Positions 55,903-64,000 of a stretch of 64,000 nucleotides of DNA are shown here, piece after piece. Position 1 is the stretch's first letter. The number at the start of each line of letters is the position of its first letter. The notes beneath the pieces are model-generated. The model searched no databases. It had not been told where the DNA came from and saw only the letters and a program-made list of their open reading frames with translations. The stretch lies in IMG/VR virus record IMGVR_UViG_3300035703_000010, positions 1 to 64,000 of that record; one strand, given 5' to 3'. The position numbers were made by a program, and so were the translations under genes.

Positions 55903-58381
55903 GGATCCGATGTACGTAGAAGGTATAGACAAAAAAAGAGGAATTCTATTTGTAGAGGATAATTTCGCCAGTCTCGAAAAAATTGATCCTTTAAATGATG
56001 CTATAACAAACATAAATAAAGATCTTCACTTCAAATTTTATTTTAAAGTTTCTCAAACAAAAGCAATTCAAGAAGGTTGTTTTTCTGTTGTTGTAACCTT
56101 AAGAAGCGCAAATAAGCAAATACCTGTTATTGTTCCGAATGTAAGAAATGGAGAAATCAATACAGAGACTCTTTTAGATAACATCTTAACCAACAAACAA
56201 AAAATAAAAAATCAAAGCATTCAAGATGAAACGTTTATTGTTTCAGAAAAAACTGCAGATATTAGTTCAAGAATAGATAATAAGTTTCTAACGTCTTTAA
56301 GATCAGGTGCTATAGATGAATCGCAGTTTGGAAAAACAAAAGTAATTGTTAGAAAAAAAAGAAATGTCCAAGACATCGATACAAGCTTTGATAAAAATGG
56401 ACTAAATAATAGAGTTTTAACGAGGACTGCTTTTGGAGATTTAGCAATGCTAAAATCAACCCCTAAACTGGAACCAGAAGCAATAAAAAAACGTTTTAAA
56501 TTGTTGAACTCTTTAATACCTCCATCTTCTGTTACATCTGTTTCAAATAAAACTATAACTCCTTATTCTTCATTAACTGGGTGTGTAAACACTTTACAAA
56601 AAAATAATTTTAGAAATTCTTTATTGGATTCTTTATCCTATTTTCATCACACTTTTGATATTCAAGATGAAAAGACTCAAAAAGACAGAAATGATTATGA
56701 AACGATAATTGAACAAAAATTTGATGATTTAATAAACATTAACGTTGATTTTGTTTTAAAACAATCATACATGTATCAACCGTTCTTTATTGTAGAATTT
56801 AAACTAGTAAAAAGAATAGTAGATTCCAGAAAACAAGTTCAACAAATCGTAATAGAAACAGTAGAAAAAAAGCTAGACGTTAAATCACATTATGATGAAT
56901 TTCTTTTTAATGATTACAAACCATTATCAGTAGGTGTATCTAAAAAAGGTCAAGAAGTTTTTTTGCAGATATGCAATCCTAATGAAGGAGCTTGTTCTGC
57001 AGAAATATATGGAAAACATATAAAAAACTTTAATGAATCTTCATTTTATAAAGTCGGATCATTAGTTTTTGATTCAAAGAATCAAATAGCATTTAAAAAG
57101 TTAATCGATAATGACATAGATTCAATTTATAGAGTCGTTGCATCGAACATAAGAAATGGTAATTTATCAAATGATTTTACAGATGTTGTTGTAAAAAATC
57201 CAAGAAAAATCACGAACAATGAAGTTATTGTAATTCCTCAGTTGGGATCTGGAAAAATTAATTTAACCGTAATTAACAATTCTTATAATTCAGGAATTAT
57301 TGCATGTAAGATTTTATATAGAAATGTTACTAAAAAAGAAAATAGTTATCAAATTTCTCAAATTTTAAATTTTTCTGAGCAAAAACAACAGTCTATTTTG
57401 ATTACTTCTGCGTTAATTCCTTATAACGACTATGAAATTACTACTAAACTTATTTATGAAAATGGAGTAGAAATATTTTCTCAAAATTCTAATTTGATAA
57501 AATATATTCCTTATTTGGGTAACGTGTCGACGACTCAAGCAACAAACGTAGTTACTTCAACAGGATTTAATGTTACGTTTGACCTAAATGCAAGTCTAGA
57601 ACAAAGTGAATTATCTCAAATAAATGATCTTCTTGCTAGCGTCTCCACAGTTTTTGATACTGAGTATTATGATTCTAAAATTTCAGAATATGAGAAGTTT
57701 ATTGCATTTCAAATTTTTAGATACAACAAACTAGATGGTAGCTGTTCAGATTTAGGGATATTAAGCAATAATTCTTCTTTTTCAGATGTCGATCAATCTA
57801 ATTTAAGAGGAATAAGTCCAGCAATACAAGGAGGAAAATACAGATATGTAGTTTATCCCTTGTTAAGAGACCCAGAAACAATATTACAAACTAAAAAAGA
57901 ATTAATAGATCAAGAAACAAAGAAAAAATATACTGCGAACATTAGAAAACATAAGCATCCTCTAACTTTAATGAGAGGAAGCGTTTTATCAAAATCAAAA
58001 ATTGACAATGACACCGTTCCTGATATGCTGTATGGTATGATCGGAAATTCTATTCATATTGATGTTGACGTAGGAATTAATCAATTTCCTATGATAAAAA
58101 ACTTTGTTGCAAATCAAATAAACAATAAAAAAGTTATTTTAACGTGGAATATAGAAGGAGATATAAAGAAGTTTGATCATATTTTAGTTTTAAAAGATGA
58201 AGGTGGAATAAAAACATTAATAGGAAAAACTCACTGTTTGCAGCAAGAATTTAAATTCGGTTATGATTTATCAAGCGATGATATAGGTAACATTAGATTT
58301 GTTTTAACTCCGATATTACAAGATTATTCGACTGGAAGGTCAATAATGTCAGATTATGTTTTAGTTAATGATGTTGAGTAA
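55895..58381 (+). CDS. Large hypothetical protein with Ig/FN3-like beta segments
   Basis: 828 aa; VILTWNI, Y.Y.VYP, F.LTP strand patterns. Confidence 0.6.
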   Translation: MNEDPMYVEGIDKKRGILFVEDNFASLEKIDPLNDAITNINKDLHFKFYFKVSQTKAIQEGCFSVVVTLRSANKQIPVIVPNVRNGEINTETLLDNILTNKQKIKNQSIQDETFIVSEKTADISSRIDNKFLTSLRSGAIDESQFGKTKVIVRKKRNVQDIDTSFDKNGLNNRVLTRTAFGDLAMLKSTPKLEPEAIKKRFKLLNSLIPPSSVTSVSNKTITPYSSLTGCVNTLQKNNFRNSLLDSLSYFHHTFDIQDEKTQKDRNDYETIIEQKFDDLININVDFVLKQSYMYQPFFIVEFKLVKRIVDSRKQVQQIVIETVEKKLDVKSHYDEFLFNDYKPLSVGVSKKGQEVFLQICNPNEGACSAEIYGKHIKNFNESSFYKVGSLVFDSKNQIAFKKLIDNDIDSIYRVVASNIRNGNLSNDFTDVVVKNPRKITNNEVIVIPQLGSGKINLTVINNSYNSGIIACKILYRNVTKKENSYQISQILNFSEQKQQSILITSALIPYNDYEITTKLIYENGVEIFSQNSNLIKYIPYLGNVSTTQATNVVTSTGFNVTFDLNASLEQSELSQINDLLASVSTVFDTEYYDSKISEYEKFIAFQIFRYNKLDGSCSDLGILSNNSSFSDVDQSNLRGISPAIQGGKYRYVVYPLLRDPETILQTKKELIDQETKKKYTANIRKHKHPLTLMRGSVLSKSKIDNDTVPDMLYGMIGNSIHIDVDVGINQFPMIKNFVANQINNKKVILTWNIEGDIKKFDHILVLKDEGGIKTLIGKTHCLQQEFKFGYDLSSDDIGNIRFVLTPILQDYSTGRSIMSDYVLVNDVE

Positions 58382-58383
58382 AA

Positions 58384-61300
58384 ATGATTAAAATTCCAAG
58401 GATAAAAAAAGATTCTAGAGCAAAATTAGGAACTCCAACATCACAGGCTGTTCCTAAAAAAGTTGTAATAAATCAAAACGTACCAACTCAAATTACTACA
58501 ACTGTACCTGCTTCAGCACAAATATTTCAAACAGGACAAACTGCTCAAACTGTAAGACCAATTGTAGAAGGCAGCGCTGTTGGTCCATCTTCACGAACAG
58601 ATCAAAATATAATAGGTGGCACAGCAAATCAAACTTCTCAAGATTCTCAACCTTCTAAAAAAAATGATAAAAAGTATCAAGATCCGCAAAAAACAGCGCC
58701 TGGAATAATCCCTCCAGCTAATGACCTTAAACCAGAAGGAATGCAGCCAGGCAAGCTGCTTGAACCTGAAAAGCCTGACTATAATTCTGAAGAGTATAAA
58801 TCATCAATAACTTTATATCGTCCTGAAATAATAGCATTAACTAAGTTTAATCCTCTATATGATGAAAGTTTGAATCATACTGAGTATGGAAAGCTTTTTG
58901 AAGCTTTGGTAGAAACCTTAAGAAAATCTGATGTTGCTGCTAGAAACCTCGTAAATTCATCGCAGCAGCAGCAAGATTCAATTTTAAAAAATAATCAAAA
59001 ATTGAATGAAGAATTAAATGTTTTAAATTCAAAAATAAACGAATTGTCATCTTATATTCAAACTTTCGTTTCTTTACAAGATTCAATTGATTTATCTAAG
59101 TTTAGTTTTTCTCCTCAAGAATTTTTATCTTATGAATTCCAAAATCCTCAATCTTTTTCTACATACGATTCATTGAATAGCTACGTATCTAGATTAGAAA
59201 AAAATCTAACTTTAAACAAAGCTTTACATTATAGTCTGTCTTACAAAAACAAAAATCAAGATAAAGAAGGAAATTATTTTAATTCTCCCCCTACTAGATC
59301 ATGGATAGTATCTCTAGAAGAAATGAAACAAATGATTCATTCTCATTCTAGAAAAAAGATGAATGTAAAAACAAATGATGGAATATCATTAGCATTTCTT
59401 TCATTACCTGATTTAATTTCAAATGATAGAATTACAGCTCAAAAAATCATCGATTTAGGTAATGAAATTATAGGAGAAACAGAAGATATTCTTGAAGGAT
59501 CGAATAGATTTCTTTCTATTCAAGAACACATTTCAAGGTTTAATAGGCAAGTAGACGGTGTTTCTATTCTTTTATATGTGATGCTAAAAGAAATAAGGCA
59601 AAGAGCTTGCTTGCAAATGTCAAATCAAAATATTACTTTGCAATCTAGAAATGAAAAAATAAATTCATTAATTTTAAGTTATTATCCAGTAAACGGAAAT
59701 GTTTATAAAAGAAGTAATGAAAACGTATTTTCTGGTACAAAATTGTATGATATAGGCGTATTTGGAGAGTTTGGAGATCGATCTAGATTAGTTTTTCCTC
59801 TTGAGAAACAAAAACCGCCTGGAATCACTAACGGAAATGATTACTTTTTTAAAGACTTTGGAAGTGAGTCATTTTTTACGCAAATCCTTTCTCAAGAAGG
59901 ATCTTCTGACAAGATTAGAATAGATGATTTTACTTCAACGCTAAATGAAGTTGACAAACTTTTTTCTGATTACTTGTTAAATTCAGGAATATTACCGATA
60001 GATGACTCGAAGGTATCAAACGTTAGATTTTCTACTGACCCAGTTAGATTTTTACAAGACGTTTGTTCAAAACTTTTAGATACAAAAGGAAGATTTTTAT
60101 TAACTAAAAATCTTGCAGGAACAACAAGTTTAAGCGGATATGCTGGAGCAGGAAATTATGATTTAGATGCATTGATGCTATTTGGATTAGCTTCTGGAAA
60201 TTCAATATCTAAATCAAAAATGGGATCTAAAGATCTTCCAATAAAAAATGAATCTACAAAAGCTGGAACTTATAGACTTCAAGTAGAACCTAGAACTCCT
60301 GAAAAAAATATATCAATATTGAAAAATGCACTTTATTCTTATGTGTTAAAAAGACTTTCAGGAGAAACTCAAATTGATGAAGCTACTAAGTCTATAGCTT
60401 ATAGAATATATTATGTTTTAACAAATATTGCAGACGTCGTCGGGGCAGGATTAATAACTAACGATGATTATAAAGATCTAACAGTTAACGAGGGTTTTGG
60501 CGAGCAATTTCAAGAAGGAGAGCAACAAAGCGTTTTAGTATCATCAGATCCAGATAATGGATTTAGTGCAGAAGAAAGAGCTATTGTAGGTCCAACGACA
60601 ACTGGAAATCCTTTTCCAAGGAATGCTTCTCCATCTGATGAATTCATTAAATGGGGAATGTGGAGTATACAGACTCAGCCTGAAGGGTCTGACCCTTCTT
60701 CAAATGCTGAACCTTTTGCGATTCAAGACATTATAACTACTCTACAAAGTTCTAAGTTTATTGATGAGGTTGTAGAGTTGATGAGACCGGTTTCAGAATC
60801 AGATATATCACAGGATTTTTCTTTAGTTTACTTTGATGTAATTTGCAATCTAATTGGTGGATTAGCGCCTATAAAAAACATTAGAGTATATATCGATGAT
60901 TATATGATGGTTGATGAAGGTGGTGTAGCAGGTTCTACATTCGGTACTGACAACGAAATTAGAAGCGCTTTGGTGTTTTTTACCCACTTTCATAGATCTG
61001 AATCTGTTGCAGCAGAAGCTGCTGCAACATATAAGCAAGAAATTATCAATAACTTGATAGAAGAGACAAATTCTTTAATTTCATTATCATTTTCTACTCT
61101 TAACGTAGTTACTAGATTTTTAAATAATTTTAAAGAAATTAATAATAAGCTTTATTCTTTTAAATCAGAAATAGCAGAATACTTTGCAGCTTACTTAAAC
61201 AATGATCCTAAAAAGTTTGCATTAATGTTTAATGAGCAACAGCTTTCTTTAATCGTTAATTTATTTCAAGACTTTTATAATTCTTACAATTTTTTCTTAG

Positions 61301-62478
61301 AACAAAATGAAAATGAAACGCCTACTGATCAATTGTTTAGTAAGCAATTAGATAGTTTATCGTATTCTACAAAGATTGTCAAGGCTACAAGACAATTCTT
61401 TAAAGATTCAGACTACAATATGTCTAAGGGGTATAACAAACAAATTTTGACTGTTGGTATTCCGCAAGGGCTATTAAAAGATTTATTCAATAAATCTATA
61501 GCAAAATCTATTAATTCAGATGAAAAAGATATATCAAAATCTAACGATATATTCAAAATTCTTGTCTATAAAATTGATCTATTGAACGATAATATCGTTT
61601 ATTTACCGCAAGAATTTCTGTTTGAAACATCAAGATTTGTAGTAAAAGATTACTCAAAAATTGAAGATACTGATCTAATAGTAAGCAACGTTTCAGACTT
61701 TGAGAATTCATTATTTAAAGTTTTTTCAACTAGAAATTTTGAAATTTTTAGTAAAAAATCTAACAGTCTTTTTCAAGAATTTAAAGCAAAATCTAGTCCA
61801 AAAGAAGCGTTTGCATCAGCCGACTATACGAAGTTTCTTGATGATGAACAAATGTCTTCTATACTAAAAAACCATATAGTAAGTTTTATATTGGAAAACT
61901 ACTTACAGATAGTATCTGGAATTAAATTCAGTGAATCTTCATTCATACTATCAGATCCTAACGACGTTGAACTTTTATATAAAGATTTTATAGATATTCC
62001 TGTTGATAGTCAAGGTAATTTTATAAGCTTAGGCTCCGGTCGAGGTAGTCGGCAAGATAGAGCAGGTGGTCCAAATAGTCCAGAAAGAATAGCAAAAAAA
62101 CTTTCATTGACTGCAGATGTATTATTGAAAAATTTATTACATCCAAAATCTTTTGATAGAGTTTTCAATATAATATTTGATCCAGATTCGTTTATCGTTG
62201 ATGAATCTAAAACTAGTGTAGATACATTAGTCAAAATGAGAGAAATTGGAAGAATAAGACAGATTACATATAAGGGAAAGATCTACCACGTTGACAATGA
62301 TAGATCTTTTAAAGATCCTACTTTAAATTCTTATTTTGTCAATATAGAAACCCTTAATTCTACCAAACCGATTATTCCGTCAAATTCTTCAAATCCTATG
62401 ACACAATCTGGTGGTACTAATCAAAACATTCTAGATACTGCATTAAAAGTTAAAGTATTTGATGTTTGGAAAAACTAA
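58384..62478 (+). CDS. Very large hypothetical protein (1364 aa)
   Basis: Disordered Q/T/P-rich N-terminus, coiled coil, helical body; no recognised family. Confidence 0.7.
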   Translation: MIKIPRIKKDSRAKLGTPTSQAVPKKVVINQNVPTQITTTVPASAQIFQTGQTAQTVRPIVEGSAVGPSSRTDQNIIGGTANQTSQDSQPSKKNDKKYQDPQKTAPGIIPPANDLKPEGMQPGKLLEPEKPDYNSEEYKSSITLYRPEIIALTKFNPLYDESLNHTEYGKLFEALVETLRKSDVAARNLVNSSQQQQDSILKNNQKLNEELNVLNSKINELSSYIQTFVSLQDSIDLSKFSFSPQEFLSYEFQNPQSFSTYDSLNSYVSRLEKNLTLNKALHYSLSYKNKNQDKEGNYFNSPPTRSWIVSLEEMKQMIHSHSRKKMNVKTNDGISLAFLSLPDLISNDRITAQKIIDLGNEIIGETEDILEGSNRFLSIQEHISRFNRQVDGVSILLYVMLKEIRQRACLQMSNQNITLQSRNEKINSLILSYYPVNGNVYKRSNENVFSGTKLYDIGVFGEFGDRSRLVFPLEKQKPPGITNGNDYFFKDFGSESFFTQILSQEGSSDKIRIDDFTSTLNEVDKLFSDYLLNSGILPIDDSKVSNVRFSTDPVRFLQDVCSKLLDTKGRFLLTKNLAGTTSLSGYAGAGNYDLDALMLFGLASGNSISKSKMGSKDLPIKNESTKAGTYRLQVEPRTPEKNISILKNALYSYVLKRLSGETQIDEATKSIAYRIYYVLTNIADVVGAGLITNDDYKDLTVNEGFGEQFQEGEQQSVLVSSDPDNGFSAEERAIVGPTTTGNPFPRNASPSDEFIKWGMWSIQTQPEGSDPSSNAEPFAIQDIITTLQSSKFIDEVVELMRPVSESDISQDFSLVYFDVICNLIGGLAPIKNIRVYIDDYMMVDEGGVAGSTFGTDNEIRSALVFFTHFHRSESVAAEAAATYKQEIINNLIEETNSLISLSFSTLNVVTRFLNNFKEINNKLYSFKSEIAEYFAAYLNNDPKKFALMFNEQQLSLIVNLFQDFYNSYNFFLEQNENETPTDQLFSKQLDSLSYSTKIVKATRQFFKDSDYNMSKGYNKQILTVGIPQGLLKDLFNKSIAKSINSDEKDISKSNDIFKILVYKIDLLNDNIVYLPQEFLFETSRFVVKDYSKIEDTDLIVSNVSDFENSLFKVFSTRNFEIFSKKSNSLFQEFKAKSSPKEAFASADYTKFLDDEQMSSILKNHIVSFILENYLQIVSGIKFSESSFILSDPNDVELLYKDFIDIPVDSQGNFISLGSGRGSRQDRAGGPNSPERIAKKLSLTADVLLKNLLHPKSFDRVFNIIFDPDSFIVDESKTSVDTLVKMREIGRIRQITYKGKIYHVDNDRSFKDPTLNSYFVNIETLNSTKPIIPSNSSNPMTQSGGTNQNILDTALKVKVFDVWKN

Positions 62479-62509
62479 ATTATAATTTTAATCAAATTAA
62501 GTAATTCAT

Positions 62510-64000
62510 ATGCCAAAGATATCATCTATACCATCTAAACTGATATATTCAGTTGATGTTCCTGAAGTTGAAAACTTTCAAGCACAATTTGTATACAACT
62601 ATTATGTTCCAAATGAATCGATACAAGATTATAAAGATGATAAATTTGGGGAGTCTATTTTATTAGACAAAATGAATCTTAATCTTGATGTTTTAAAACA
62701 GCCTGGATATGAAATAGAAGGTTTTTTAAACAAAAATTCTAGAATTTCTGATCTAAAAAAGTTACCTCGGTATATAAAACTGACTTGGGCTAATGACTTT
62801 AAACTTTTGTCTAAAAGTAAATATGGTTTTTTTTATAAAGACAAAGTTAATAATGAAATTAAAGGAAAAGGTCTGACCGATTCTGATATATCAAAAATTG
62901 TAAGAGAGGATCAGTTTGCTAGCAGCTATTATACGTCTATAGAATCTAGCAACAGGAATATCATAAATGGAATATCTTCTGTTTTTGACTCGATAGACAA
63001 TACTTTGTTAAAAGATCCAGATCTTAGAAACAATTTTCCAAAATCAGTTAAAGAAGTTAATACAGTTTATAAAGATTCTGAAGCTGATAATACAATTCAA
63101 GCTTCTATGTCTGCAATTGCGTATCAAAAGGGAGGTCTTGAATTAAAGAACCAAACCAAAGATTCGTATTTGCAAAAATTATCATCAACAAAATTTTATT
63201 CGCAAATTAATAATAATTTTTTGCACAGCGTAGTAATAAATGCGTTAAGTTCTCAACATCCGAACAACTCAATTTTTCAAAGCTTTATAGATTATTCAAA
63301 AAAAATTAATAAGCTAAACATAAACCGCAAGCTTTCTGATTCTGAGTATAAGGCTTCAATACCATACCATACTACTTACCAATGGGACGCAAGATCAAAT
63401 TTAGATAATGAGTCTACATTTAATGTTACTGGATATGTTATAGAAAAAGTCGAAATGTTTTCTGATGGAACAGTAAAACGATTTAATCCTATCGTGATAA
63501 GAGGAGGGGAAAAAAATAGTTACATAGATTTTCAAGTTAGATATGGAGCTATGTATTTCTATAGCATTAGAACTATCATGGATATAACATACAATGCTAT
63601 AGACAATAAAGAATATAAGTTCATGAGAGTAGGATCTTTTATTGCTTCAAAAGATACGACTATTGACGTACAAACGATAGAAAATGTTGCTCCTCCTCCT
63701 CCACAAGATTTGATGTTTGTCTGGAATTATGATAGAGTAAATCAAAATACGATTGTTTTTGATCATCAAAACAATAAGCCATTTCCAAATACAGGAGTAC
63801 CAGGATCATTAATGATAGCTTGGTCAATGCCAGTTAACTCTCAAATGGATATAAAAAAATTCCAAGTTTTTAGAAGAAAATCTGTTAATGATCCATTTGA
63901 ATTAATAAAAATGTACGATTTCGATGACTCTATTTCAAAGTTTGAAACTTTAGAAAACAACATAAATCCAACGTTGATTACTAAGAGCAAAGATCCTGTT
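62510..64000 (+). CDS. Hypothetical protein with FN3-like domains (3'-truncated; absent from ORF track)
   Basis: ATG at 62510 (MPKISSIPSK...) with an open frame to the window end; GYVIEK, YFYSIR, APPPPQDL, LMIAWSMP..IKKFQVFRR are FN3-like. Confidence 0.75.
   Translation, partial: MPKISSIPSKLIYSVDVPEVENFQAQFVYNYYVPNESIQDYKDDKFGESILLDKMNLNLDVLKQPGYEIEGFLNKNSRISDLKKLPRYIKLTWANDFKLLSKSKYGFFYKDKVNNEIKGKGLTDSDISKIVREDQFASSYYTSIESSNRNIINGISSVFDSIDNTLLKDPDLRNNFPKSVKEVNTVYKDSEADNTIQASMSAIAYQKGGLELKNQTKDSYLQKLSSTKFYSQINNNFLHSVVINALSSQHPNNSIFQSFIDYSKKINKLNINRKLSDSEYKASIPYHTTYQWDARSNLDNESTFNVTGYVIEKVEMFSDGTVKRFNPIVIRGGEKNSYIDFQVRYGAMYFYSIRTIMDITYNAIDNKEYKFMRVGSFIASKDTTIDVQTIENVAPPPPQDLMFVWNYDRVNQNTIVFDHQNNKPFPNTGVPGSLMIAWSMPVNSQMDIKKFQVFRRKSVNDPFELIKMYDFDDSISKFETLENNINPTLITKSKDPV

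Noticed and set aside
12134-62234. Short (60-150 aa) ORFs nested opposite or within long genes (e.g. 12134, 18583, 24293, 29696, 32481, 36930, 46150, 48659, 52490, 55119, 62010)
   Set aside because: They lie within, or almost entirely within, convincingly assigned genes and have no recognisable features.
1-64000. Alternative genetic code (TAG or TGA reassignment) seen in some jumbo phages
   Set aside because: Long genes are intact under code 11, and many ATGA overlaps show TGA working as a stop.
1-64000. Eukaryotic giant virus origin suggested by the glycosylation cluster
   Set aside because: The contractile-tail baseplate, bacterial sigma domains, SD sites and lipoprotein signal all indicate a bacteriophage.

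Overview
This window is a gene-dense fragment of a large (jumbo-type) tailed phage with a contractile tail, read in the standard genetic code. The phage call rests on T4 gp6-like, gp25-like and gp5-like baseplate genes and tail fibres, alongside an ATP-dependent DNA ligase, a phage sigma factor, PIN-PhoH, ClpP and an Fe-S helicase. Layout: (1) ligase and a small lipoprotein (+). (2) Three mosaic fibre genes plus a small gene (-, 1367-8480). (3) An opposite-strand NADAR / degenerate Pth2 / unknown trio (+, 8608-10061). (4) A ~37 kb co-oriented minus-strand block of baseplate genes, a sigma factor and an ~18 kb glycosylation island (29191-47175). The island holds about 12 soluble glycosyltransferase genes, a PseB/PseC/PseH-like trio, an RmlA-like enzyme and a UDP-sugar dehydrogenase, with no flippase, polymerase or lipid-carrier enzyme. 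(5) A plus-strand block with an ATPase-dead truncated GroEL, ClpP, helicase, Hc1 histone-like protein and PhoH, then very large uncharacterised proteins running off the right end. Best candidate for a new system (inference): phage-encoded virion glycosylation. It is supported by a strong, by-eye enrichment of the tripeptide [S/T]-G-S in the fibre and outer-baseplate proteins only, which could be the glycosylation sequon. All family calls come from motif recognition; no database searches were run.
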